Translations under genes and position numbers: made by a program | The notes under the pieces: model-generated | Database searches by the model: none | The model's input: only the letters and a program-made list of their open reading frames with translations | What the model was told of the DNA's origin: nothing | Source: an uncultured Arcobacter sp. | GTDB lineage: Bacteria > Campylobacterota > Campylobacteria > Campylobacterales > Arcobacteraceae | Direction: 5' to 3' | NCBI GenBank assembly: GCA_965140705.1 | Contig: OZ223300.1 | Span: 224,001-288,000 of the forward strand | DNA length: 64,000 bases | Shown here: positions 50,501-58,592 of the stretch, one piece after another | Numbering within the stretch: position 1 is the stretch's first letter | Layout of the letters: each line of letters opens with the position of its first letter

Positions 50501-50638
50501 ATGCAAAGAATTGCTGCACCTATGATAGGAGGGATGATAAGTTCAGCATTTTTGACGCTTATTATTATCCCTTCCGTATTTTTTATCTTGGCTCTAAAAA
50601 AAAGAGATAAAATATTAGAACAAGAGTTGTCACATTAA
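47519..50638 (+). CDS. cusA: Heavy-metal efflux RND permease, CusA type
   Basis: DALPDLS, GPDATGVGW, GAMVDA, and the Cu(I) Met positions FMYMP, DPAPLAMIET, RIDML. Confidence 0.93.
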   Translation: MVEYIINKSVQNKFLVLFSVLILTVASFWAVKNSSLDALPDLSPPQVIVQVKWAGQSPKTIEEQVSYPLISNLMSLPNIDTVRAMSSFQNALIYIIFKDGTDIYDSRNRILEQLSQLQGTFPDGVNVAIGPDATGVGWAYEYALKSKTKSLDELKTLQDYYYKYALLGVDGVSEIASVGGFIKNYEITLNQDKLVQYNLSINDVKKALVSNNDEKGGRIILENGYEHMIQARGYLKSVVDIENITVKTFGSTPLKIKDIADVNITSSNRRGMADLNGEGETVGGIVVVRFGENPYKVIKAVKEKLKTLHVDDVEVVETYDRSSLIDKAIDTLKHTLLEESIIVIVVTALFLFHFRSALIIIITLPITVLFTFLCMKFFGMGSNIMSLGGIAIAIGAMVDATIVMVENAHKYLQGKENISNKQRIEIIIKSAKQVGRPIFFALLLVVVSFLPIFALTGQEGRLFSPLAFTKSFAMISGAILSITLVPILMIFFIRGKIMDERKNYLNKFFIALYSPLLKLSLRFRYIVVALFIGTLILAYPVYKKQNWEFMPMMNEQTFMYMPVTPYGIGIDLAKELTQKTDKILKSFPEVQTVFGKAGRADSATDPAPLAMIETIVQFKPQDQWRGGMTYKKLMQEMDDKLRVTGLVNSWTYPIRGRIDMLLTGIRTPLGIKLYGNDHQELESVALKIEQRLKKFDKTLSVSSDKINSGYYLNIDLDEEMLSRYGITKNDILSTVSLGVAGAKISKYFDALERYPISLRYETTQREDITSLENLQVKTKLGFQPLRMFAKLQYEEGPSVIKSEKGLNVNFIYITPKNDVSVKEYKDKAQELLKEIKLPSGFYYEWAGQSEYLESAMKKLSYIIPLTFVIIFILIFFALRNITYTAIIFFTLPFALTGGIFYLDYLNFNISIAVIVGFLALLGVAAETSIVMLVYLHEAMLELKDKCISLDDDKHIFHAIYKGAVLRLRPKLMTLFAILGGLVPIMYIDGVGSEVMQRIAAPMIGGMISSAFLTLIIIPSVFFILALKKRDKILEQELSH

Positions 50639-50649
50639 AATATTTGGTC

Positions 50650-50681
50650 TACACAAAAAGTACACATATATTTTATAAACT
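50650..50681 (+). promoter_or_regulatory. Copper-locus operator/promoter 3 (GKCG-repeat peptide gene)
   Basis: TACACAA-N4-TACACAT, then 8 bp, then TAAACT. Confidence 0.6.
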
Positions 50682-50709
50682 TACAAATAAAATAAAAAAG
50701 GAATAAAAG

Positions 50710-51024
50710 ATGAAAAAATTAATTATGTTAGTAGCAGCGCTACTTTTTACAGCGGGTGTAGCTTTTGCAGATGGGAAAACTGGTTCTTGCGGGGCAGGGA
50801 AATGTGGAGACTCTAGTAAAAGCATGATGAAAAAGGGTATTAGTTCTAAAGAGATGAAAAAAGCTGGTTCATGTGGAACTGGTAAATGTGGTGATTCTAA
50901 AAAGAGTATGATGAAAAAAGATCACATGAAAGGTGACATGATGAAAAAATCAGGCAATAAAGCTAGTGGTTCATGTGGAGCTGGTAAATGTGGTGATTCT
51001 AAAATGAAAAAAGGAATGAAGTAA
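50710..51024 (+). CDS. Secreted Cys/Met/Lys-rich peptide with three GSCGxGKCG repeats (HvfA-like metal-binding peptide)
   Basis: AAGGA ribosome-binding site, signal peptide ending AFA, 3 x GSCG(A/T)GKCGDS and MMKK spacers. Confidence 0.85.
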   Translation: MKKLIMLVAALLFTAGVAFADGKTGSCGAGKCGDSSKSMMKKGISSKEMKKAGSCGTGKCGDSKKSMMKKDHMKGDMMKKSGNKASGSCGAGKCGDSKMKKGMK

Positions 51025-51041
51025 TTATAATCTTACTTTTC

Positions 51042-51067
51042 TAAGAGTGTAGCTTTCTACACTCTTA
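51042..51067. terminator. Bidirectional hairpin terminator
   Basis: taagagtgtag-cttt-ctacactctta between convergent genes. Confidence 0.7.
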
Positions 51068-52412
51068 TATTACACAATACTCTTAATTTATACATAGTAT
51101 AAAAATAAGCAAATATTGCAGCAGAATAAATCATAAGTAACATACCTACAAATAAATAAATATAATCCAGTTTAAAATAGCTTACAATGATATATGAAAC
51201 TATTGCTTTAGCTACAAGTTGTCTATATATTCCTATATAAAATATCATCTTAGGTTGTTTTATAGCTTGAAGAGTTGATACACAAATAAATAAAATAATA
51301 TAAGCATAAAATATCCATACTTCAACAAGTAAATAGTTAAAGCCATATTGGATAACTGTTGTATCATCATCAAATTGAGCAACTATAAGTTTCCCAAAAA
51401 CGTATAAAAATATAATTCCAAATGTTGATATCATAAAACCATATTTTAATGACAACATAACAATCTCTTTTACTCTATTAAATTGTTTTGCTCCATAATT
51501 ATTTGATACAAGAGAAAGAACAGCAGTACTTAGTCCAAGTGCTGGTAGTAACATAAGTTGTTCAACTCTAAAGCCAATTCCATATCCGGCAACTGCTTTA
51601 TATCCATATTGTGTTACAAAGTAAGTTAAAATGATAGAACCAAAAGCCATAGTTAACATATTTAAACTAGAAGGTATTCCTTGCTTAAAGAAAGCCTTAT
51701 AAACTCTTAAATTAGGTAAATAGTATTCTAACCTATCAAAGTGTATTATCTTTGTTTGTAGGACTTTATAGAGCATATAAAACATATTTATAACTTGAAT
51801 CAAAACAGTAGCAAAGGCAATACCTGATATTCCCATCTCTGGAATAATCCAAAAACCATACATGAATAAAGGATTTAGTACTAAATTAGCAAAAAAACCA
51901 AAAATCAAAGAGTTTCTATATGTTTTAGTATCTCCCTTTGATACAAGTATTGCATTAAGGGAAAAATTAGCCATAAAAAATATAGTACCAAAAAGTATTA
52001 CATTGATATATTTTAAACAAATGTCAAGATAAGCATTTGTTGCCCCAAGAAGTTTAAATAACATAGGTGAAGCAAAATATCCAAGTATAGAGAATAAAAG
52101 TCCTAGAATAACTAAGAAACCAATCCCTTTATGGGCATAAATAGATGCTAAGTGATTTTTCTTTTTTCCAAAAGAGTTCCCAATTAGGGCGCTAATTGCT
52201 GATGAAAAACCATATCCAAAACCTGTAATTAAAAAAAATATCATAAATGATAGGGATAATGCAGCAATCGCTTCTGTAGAAATTAAACCTGCGTAAAATG
52301 TATCTACTACATTGTACATAGTATTAAAAAACATACCAGTACTTGCAGGTATTGCTAATTCTTTTATAAGTTTTGGAATAGGTTCTTCAATTAAATATTG
52401 AGTCTTATTCAA
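51057..52412 (-). CDS. MATE family efflux transporter
   Basis: LAIPASTGM, YNVVDT, GDTKT, NLVLNPLF, MGISGIAFAT; polytopic. Confidence 0.93.
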   Translation of the reverse strand: MNKTQYLIEEPIPKLIKELAIPASTGMFFNTMYNVVDTFYAGLISTEAIAALSLSFMIFFLITGFGYGFSSAISALIGNSFGKKKNHLASIYAHKGIGFLVILGLLFSILGYFASPMLFKLLGATNAYLDICLKYINVILFGTIFFMANFSLNAILVSKGDTKTYRNSLIFGFFANLVLNPLFMYGFWIIPEMGISGIAFATVLIQVINMFYMLYKVLQTKIIHFDRLEYYLPNLRVYKAFFKQGIPSSLNMLTMAFGSIILTYFVTQYGYKAVAGYGIGFRVEQLMLLPALGLSTAVLSLVSNNYGAKQFNRVKEIVMLSLKYGFMISTFGIIFLYVFGKLIVAQFDDDTTVIQYGFNYLLVEVWIFYAYIILFICVSTLQAIKQPKMIFYIGIYRQLVAKAIVSYIIVSYFKLDYIYLFVGMLLMIYSAAIFAYFYTMYKLRVLCNIRV

Positions 52413-52436
52413 TTGAAGCCTTTATTTTAAATTTTA

Positions 52437-53699
52437 TTAATCTTCTATTCTGATCATAACTGGTTTAGTCGTTGCAACACCAGAATTTTCTATTTCTTTT
52501 AGTGCTTTATTTATATTTTTTTCTACACAAACATGAGTAGAAAGTAATAGATGTGCACAAGTCGTATTATATGGTTTTTGAATCATTTTTTCAATAGAAA
52601 TCTCATGTTCACCTAAGATTTTAGTTACTTTTGCTAAAACACCTACTTTATCTTCAATTCTAAGTCTTAAATAGTATTTTGTCTCAATTTCGTCTTTTGG
52701 CATAATTGTAAGATTTGCTTTATAGTCAAACTCAAACCCTAGCATTGGTGCACCTTTACCTCTTCTTGCTATATCTACAATATTTGCAATAACAGCACTT
52801 GCAGTTGCATTTCCACCCGCACCTGGTCCATAATACATAGTTTCACCAACTTTATCACCAATTACAGAAATACCATTCATTACACCATCAACTTTTGCAA
52901 TCATTTCACTTTTAGGAATAAATGCTGGATGAACTCTTAATTCTATTTGTTTATCAACTCTTTTTGCAATAGCTAATAGTTTGATAGAATAATTAAATTC
53001 ATTGGCAAAATCGATATCTGGAGTATCAATATTTTGAATTCCTTCTATTAATATATCTTCAGGTTTTGCATCAACATCATAAGCAATTGAGGCTAAAATT
53101 AGAAGTTTATGCGCCGCATCAAATCCTCCAACATCAAAAGTTGGATCAGCTTCAGCATAACCTAATTCTTGGGATTCTTTTAATATAGAATCATAATCAA
53201 CACCATCGTTTATCATTCTAGTTAGCATGTAATTACAAGTACCATTTAAAATACCTCTAATTGATTCTATATTATTTGCAGATAATCCATCTCTTAAAGC
53301 ATTGATAATAGGAATTCCACCAGCAACTGCTGCTTCATATTCAAATGGAATATCACCAGCTAGTTTTTCTAAATCATATCTATGATATGCAAGAAGAGCT
53401 TTATTAGCCGTAACTACTGGTTTTCCTTTTGAAAGTGCTCTTTTAATGATTTCATATGGTCTTTCAACACCACCCATAAGTTCAACAATAATATCAATAG
53501 ACTCATCATTTAAAGCTTTGTCTAAATCATCTGTTAATTCAATACTTACATCTCTTTTTTTGTTTAAATCATTTACAACACCAATAGTAGGAACAATTTC
53601 TACTCCAGCACGTGAGGTAATAATATCTTTATTATCTTTTAATATATTTGCAACACTTGCTCCAACAGTTCCTACACCAATAATTGCGATTTTTAACAT
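52437..53699 (-). CDS. hom: Homoserine dehydrogenase
   Basis: GVGTVG, VVTANKA, EAAVAGGIP, GILNGTCN, GYAEADP and a C-terminal ACT domain. Confidence 0.97.
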   Translation of the reverse strand: MLKIAIIGVGTVGASVANILKDNKDIITSRAGVEIVPTIGVVNDLNKKRDVSIELTDDLDKALNDESIDIIVELMGGVERPYEIIKRALSKGKPVVTANKALLAYHRYDLEKLAGDIPFEYEAAVAGGIPIINALRDGLSANNIESIRGILNGTCNYMLTRMINDGVDYDSILKESQELGYAEADPTFDVGGFDAAHKLLILASIAYDVDAKPEDILIEGIQNIDTPDIDFANEFNYSIKLLAIAKRVDKQIELRVHPAFIPKSEMIAKVDGVMNGISVIGDKVGETMYYGPGAGGNATASAVIANIVDIARRGKGAPMLGFEFDYKANLTIMPKDEIETKYYLRLRIEDKVGVLAKVTKILGEHEISIEKMIQKPYNTTCAHLLLSTHVCVEKNINKALKEIENSGVATTKPVMIRIED

Positions 53700-53707
53700 T
53701 TCTTTTC

Positions 53708-54916
53708 CTATAAACTATTTAAATATTTCTTTATATTTTTTGCTGCTTGTCTAATTCTTTTTTCATTTTCAATTAAAGCAATTCTTACATATTGGTCACC
53801 ATATTGACCAAATCCAATACCTGGACTTACTGCTACTTTTGCTTCAGTTAGAAGTTGTTTAGAGAACTCCATACTTCCTAAGTGAGAAGCTTTTTCAGGG
53901 ATTTTTGCCCAAATAAACATTGAAGCATTTGGTTTATCCATATCCCATCCTGCATCTTTAAACGCTTCTAACATCACATCTCTTCTGTAATGATATTTTT
54001 CTATATGCTCTTCAACACACTCTTGTGGTCCATCAAGTGCAATAGTTGCTGCTACTTGAATAGGTGTAAACATACCATAATCAAGCCATGATTTGATTCT
54101 TTTTAAAGCACCCACTAGTTTTTCATTTCCAACAATAAATCCAACTCTCCATCCTGCCATATTGTATGATTTACTTAAAGTAAATGATTCAACTGCAACA
54201 TCTAAAGCACCCTCAGCTTGGAAGATTGATGGAGTTTTATAACCATCAAAAGTAATATCAGCATATGCAATATCAGAGATAATATAAAATCTCTCTTTTT
54301 TTGCAAGGTCAACCAATTTTTGGTAAAATTCAGGTGTAACCGTTGCACAAGTTGGGTTATGAGGAAAATTTACTACCACATATTTAACTTTTGGAATTGA
54401 TTCTCTTAATGTTTTATTTAATCTTGCAAAAAACTCATCTTCATCAACTTTAAAGTCTCTATTAAATGGTAATTCAAAATTATGAATACCTGCACCTGCA
54501 AGCATAAAAGCATATGAATGAATTGGATATGTAGGATCTGGAACTATTGCCACATCCCCAACATTTACAATAGCTTGTACTAAGTGAACATATCCCTCTT
54601 TACTTCCCATTGTAGCAACGGCATGTTTATTTGGGTCTAAATAATCAACACCATATTTTCTTTTATACCAATTACAAATAGCAAGTCTTAGTTTATAAAT
54701 ACCTGCACTTGCACTATAACCATGATTTTTTGGTTTATCAGCTGTTTCTTTTAATTTATCAATTATATGTTGAGGTGCTGGACCATCTGGATTTCCCATT
54801 GAGAAATCTATTATATCTTCACCTTTTCTTCTAGCTTCCATTTTAATATTATTTACTTCTGCAAACACATAGTTTGGAAGTCTTTTCATTCTTTCAAATT
54901 CAATTTCTGGGAACAC
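53708..54916 (-). CDS. Class I/II PLP aminotransferase (AlaC/LL-DAP aminotransferase-like)
   Basis: RLPNYVF, GSKEG, NFPHNPT, DIAYAD, SKSYNMAGWRVG. Confidence 0.9.
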   Translation of the reverse strand: MFPEIEFERMKRLPNYVFAEVNNIKMEARRKGEDIIDFSMGNPDGPAPQHIIDKLKETADKPKNHGYSASAGIYKLRLAICNWYKRKYGVDYLDPNKHAVATMGSKEGYVHLVQAIVNVGDVAIVPDPTYPIHSYAFMLAGAGIHNFELPFNRDFKVDEDEFFARLNKTLRESIPKVKYVVVNFPHNPTCATVTPEFYQKLVDLAKKERFYIISDIAYADITFDGYKTPSIFQAEGALDVAVESFTLSKSYNMAGWRVGFIVGNEKLVGALKRIKSWLDYGMFTPIQVAATIALDGPQECVEEHIEKYHYRRDVMLEAFKDAGWDMDKPNASMFIWAKIPEKASHLGSMEFSKQLLTEAKVAVSPGIGFGQYGDQYVRIALIENEKRIRQAAKNIKKYLNSL

Positions 54917-54918
54917 GA

Positions 54919-55740
54919 CTACTCCTTAATTAGTACGGTTAATCCACGCTTTATGTTAAATAGCGTGTATAAATCTGTTATTTTAATATATCTTGTATTT
55001 TCTGGTATAGAAAGTGTTAAATTTCTATATACTCTTTCTTCTTTTGATACCTTTAGTATGTTCAAATGTTCATCATAAAATACCACATAAGGAAGCCAAC
55101 TATTAAGTGTTTTACTTGCTATGAATATTGTACTTGCTTTATCAATTTTTATAAAGTATGGAGATAAAGGTTTTGAAAAAGATATTTTTTCATTTGTTGA
55201 TACATATGTCGCATCATATAAAGATGCATTTGTTGTATCTAATTCATATACCCATTTATCATTTTCTTCTTTTGTTATATTTGTAACTTTACAATCATGT
55301 TGAAATAGCTCATTTGATAATACTAAAGGATCAATGGCGGCCTCTGTTTTTAACTTTATTGTCCAAGTTAAACTTTCAGTTCCATCATAAACTGTATGCT
55401 TTGTAAAATAGTAATAGTACCCAAGTGATTTTAATGTATCTTTTAAGATTTTTAAAGATTTTATTGGATTACTATTTATTTTAAAAGTAACTTCGATATC
55501 TTTAGGGGCATTAAACGCAAGGGTTAATAAACCATTCTCTTTTAAAGTTTTTAAAATAGTTTGATAATTAAGTCCATCAACTGTAGTAAACTGATACTCT
55601 TTTTTAAAAATAAAATTTATTAAGTTTTTATGCGTAAGGTAACTATGTGTACCAATGAAGTTTTCAATCTTTTGATTTAACAAATCATTTGCACTAAGAC
55701 TCATCACTAAAAAAACAGAAATTAAAATATTTTTTATCAT
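54919..55740 (-). CDS. Exported hypothetical protein
   Basis: Signal peptide. 273-aa ORF in an operon with its neighbours. Confidence 0.8.
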   Translation of the reverse strand: MIKNILISVFLVMSLSANDLLNQKIENFIGTHSYLTHKNLINFIFKKEYQFTTVDGLNYQTILKTLKENGLLTLAFNAPKDIEVTFKINSNPIKSLKILKDTLKSLGYYYYFTKHTVYDGTESLTWTIKLKTEAAIDPLVLSNELFQHDCKVTNITKEENDKWVYELDTTNASLYDATYVSTNEKISFSKPLSPYFIKIDKASTIFIASKTLNSWLPYVVFYDEHLNILKVSKEERVYRNLTLSIPENTRYIKITDLYTLFNIKRGLTVLIKE

Positions 55741-55757
55741 CAGTTTACTCTTTTGTT

Positions 55758-56450
55758 TTATTTCATTAAATTATATATTAAAATACCAGCTGCAACAGAT
55801 ACATTTAAAGAATCAAAGTTATTTTCCATACCTATTGAGACTTTTAAATCTAACTTACTAATTATCTTATTTGATAAACCTTCACCTTCACTTCCTAAGA
55901 AGAGGGCAACTTTATCATCTTTTGTTATTGTTCCATATTTTTTTAAATCTGTTCCATTCATCGTTGCACCAATAAGTGTAAAACCAGATTGTTTTAACTC
56001 ATTTGCAAGATCTAAAGAGTTTGGATACAAAGAAAATGGCATATCAAGCATAGCTCCTGAACTAGTTCTAATAACCCCTGATTCATTGAGCGATTTTACA
56101 CCAGCTGCAATTACACCATCAACACCTAATGCATAAGCAGTTCTTGTGATAGCTCCTATGTTACCCACATCTGTAAGACCATCAAGTACTACTATAAAAT
56201 TATTTTGCTTCATTTCGTTTATGGGAGTATAATCGAACTCTTCTTTAAGTTTTAGAAAAAAACCTTGATGGTTCCCACCTTTTGCCAAAGATTGGGCTTT
56301 TTTGTTATCAAGTCTAATTATCTTTTTACCAAGTTTTAGAAACTTTGAAAAAATCTTTTTATCTAATTCTTTAGAAAACATTACTTCTTCAATTATTGAA
56401 GGGTGATTCTCTAAAACGTATAAAACTATTTGTTTGCCATATATTATCAT
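55758..56450 (-). CDS. rlmB: 23S rRNA 2'-O-methyltransferase (SpoU/TrmH family)
   Basis: NHQG, LDGLTDVGNIGAI, GSEGEGL, SLNVSVAAGI. Confidence 0.92.
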   Translation of the reverse strand: MIIYGKQIVLYVLENHPSIIEEVMFSKELDKKIFSKFLKLGKKIIRLDNKKAQSLAKGGNHQGFFLKLKEEFDYTPINEMKQNNFIVVLDGLTDVGNIGAITRTAYALGVDGVIAAGVKSLNESGVIRTSSGAMLDMPFSLYPNSLDLANELKQSGFTLIGATMNGTDLKKYGTITKDDKVALFLGSEGEGLSNKIISKLDLKVSIGMENNFDSLNVSVAAGILIYNLMK

Positions 56451-56581
56451 AGGGGGATTTTATCTAAAATATGTTAATAAATATCTTTTGTAAAATTATT
56501 TTAACATTTTGTCCCAAGTAGGTCGTATAATTAGGCCAAAATTAAAATAAAAAAGAAGAGTTTTATAAAAAGATTTTAAAC

Positions 56582-57397
56582 TTAATTTTCGTCTAAAAGT
56601 TTTTGATAGATATCTTTTATTTTTTCACCAGTTAGTTTAGCAAGTAGTTTTGCTTTTACTTTTGGTGGTAAATCAAGTTCTTTTATATCTTCAATATTTA
56701 AGTTTTTACCAGAGGTACTTATTGGTTCTATTATAACTACCCATTCACCTTTTATATTTGTATCTTTTAGTTTATTGTATAAGTTTAAAGAACTATCTTT
56801 AAAAGTTGTTTGGTATTGTTTCGTTAACTCTTTTGCTAAAAAGATAGTTCTATTTTCATCAATATCTTTTAACTCTTCCAAAAGTTTTAAAAGTCTATGT
56901 GGTGATTCGTATAAAATTGGCAAAATCTCACTATTCATTACTTTTTGTAGTTTCTCTTTTCGCTCAACACCTTTATGGGCTAAGAAACCAAAAAAAGTAA
57001 ATTCTGTATGTTCAAATCCACTCATTGCAAAGGCTGTTAAAACTGCATTGGCTCCTGGAATAACATCATATTTTATATCATTTTGTATGGCATATTCTAC
57101 TAAAGAAGCCCCTGGGTCTGAAACACAAGGCATACCAGCATCACTTACATATACAATATTTTTCTCAAACAAATCTTTTGATAATGTTTTTAAAACTTGT
57201 TGTTCATTGTGTGAATGAAATGATTTAAAATCTGTACAAGGAAAATCTAGGTTGTATTTTGAAGCAAAAAGTGTTAGAAGTTTTTTTGTGACTCTTGTAT
57301 CTTCACAAAAAATAAGTTCCGCTTCCAATAGGGCATCTAGTGCACGCTTAGAGATATCTTCTAAGTTTCCTATTGGAGTTGGAACTAAAGTTAGCAT
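56582..57397 (-). CDS. rsmI: 16S rRNA C1402 2'-O-methyltransferase
   Basis: PTPIGNLEDIS, CEDTR, VSDAGMPCVSDPG, YESPHR, KELTK. Confidence 0.96.
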   Translation of the reverse strand: MLTLVPTPIGNLEDISKRALDALLEAELIFCEDTRVTKKLLTLFASKYNLDFPCTDFKSFHSHNEQQVLKTLSKDLFEKNIVYVSDAGMPCVSDPGASLVEYAIQNDIKYDVIPGANAVLTAFAMSGFEHTEFTFFGFLAHKGVERKEKLQKVMNSEILPILYESPHRLLKLLEELKDIDENRTIFLAKELTKQYQTTFKDSSLNLYNKLKDTNIKGEWVVIIEPISTSGKNLNIEDIKELDLPPKVKAKLLAKLTGEKIKDIYQKLLDEN

Positions 57398-57413
57398 TAT
57401 AAGACTTGTTGTC

Positions 57414-57614
57414 TTATTTTTGTGCGTATTTAGCTTTGAATTTCTCTACTCTACCAGCAGCATCAACGATTTTTTGCTCACCTGTGAAGAATGGGTGACA
57501 AGCTGAACAAATATCAATTCTCATTGATTCAACATTTGATTTAGTTTCGAAAGTATTTCCACAAGAACAAGTAATAACACAAGTTTTGTAATCTGGGTGA
57601 ATTTCTTTTTTCAC
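57414..57614 (-). CDS. rpmE: 50S ribosomal protein L31 (zinc-binding type)
   Basis: [28 protein letters not shown]. Confidence 0.97.
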   Translation of the reverse strand: MKKEIHPDYKTCVITCSCGNTFETKSNVESMRIDICSACHPFFTGEQKIVDAAGRVEKFKAKYAQK

Positions 57615-57700
57615 TTTGTTTCCTTTTAATTATGTAATATTTAACAAAAGGTCGAGTCTTGTTTGTCGCCCTTTATTAGATATTTAAAATAAGATTGCGA

Positions 57701-58579
57701 TTATACTGTAAAATACTTAAGAATATCTGAATTTAAGTTTTCTATAATGTTTATTGTTTGTTTTTGATTAAATTGGGATTTATTAAAAGTATTTTGCCTT
57801 TTTGCTAGTTTTGCTGTATTTAAAGATATTCTTTCTTCTAATTGCTCTTTTGTAAGTTTACCATCAATAAATTCTAAGGTCTCAATAATACCAATAGAAC
57901 TCATCGCATTTGGTTTTCTTGTATATTTTTTCTCTAAAAAGAGAACTTCATCTATCACTCCATCTTTTATCATCTGTTTTGTACGAAGAGCTATTCTTTT
58001 TTTTAACTCTTCTCTATCCCAATATATCTCAAAAAGTTTAAGCTCTGGGGAAATTGGTTTTTTTGGATTTTCTGCGAAATATTGGCTAGGAGTTAAGCCA
58101 CTTTTTTTATAAATAGAATAAGCTTTTTGTATACGATATTTATCATTAGAAGCTATTTTTTCCATATATGTTCTATCTAAATCAAAAAGCATTTTATATA
58201 TCTCTTCATGGGGCATATCAAGTTTTACATCTTCTCCTACACCTTCACTTATGCCTTCAATTAATATTTTAAGGTAAAAGCCTGTCCCACCTACGATAAT
58301 AAGATTTTTTTCATTTTGTTTGGCGAATTCTTTAGCTTTTTTATAACATTGCAAAAATTCAACCACATCAAAACGTTCATTTACAAAAACTTCATCAATA
58401 CCAAAATGTATGATTCCATCTCTCTCTTTTAGTGTAGGTTTTGCAGAGGCAATATCTATCTCTTTATAAACAGAAAGTGAGTCTAAAGATAAGATTATAG
58501 AGTTGGTTTTATGGGCTATATCTATTGATAAGCCCGTTTTACCAGAAGCCGTTGCTCCTATGATTGCTATTTCTTTCAT
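57701..58579 (-). CDS. miaA: tRNA dimethylallyltransferase
   Basis: GATASGKT, DSLSVY, SAKPT, VGGTGFY, AKRQNTF. Confidence 0.96.
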   Translation of the reverse strand: MKEIAIIGATASGKTGLSIDIAHKTNSIILSLDSLSVYKEIDIASAKPTLKERDGIIHFGIDEVFVNERFDVVEFLQCYKKAKEFAKQNEKNLIIVGGTGFYLKILIEGISEGVGEDVKLDMPHEEIYKMLFDLDRTYMEKIASNDKYRIQKAYSIYKKSGLTPSQYFAENPKKPISPELKLFEIYWDREELKKRIALRTKQMIKDGVIDEVLFLEKKYTRKPNAMSSIGIIETLEFIDGKLTKEQLEERISLNTAKLAKRQNTFNKSQFNQKQTINIIENLNSDILKYFTV

Positions 58580-58592
58580 AAACTTTGATTTC

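Noticed and set aside
50782..51004. Three spaced ~33-bp DNA repeats as a possible mini-CRISPR
   Set aside because: They are in-frame coding repeats with mostly synonymous variation and unequal spacing, and no cas genes are present.
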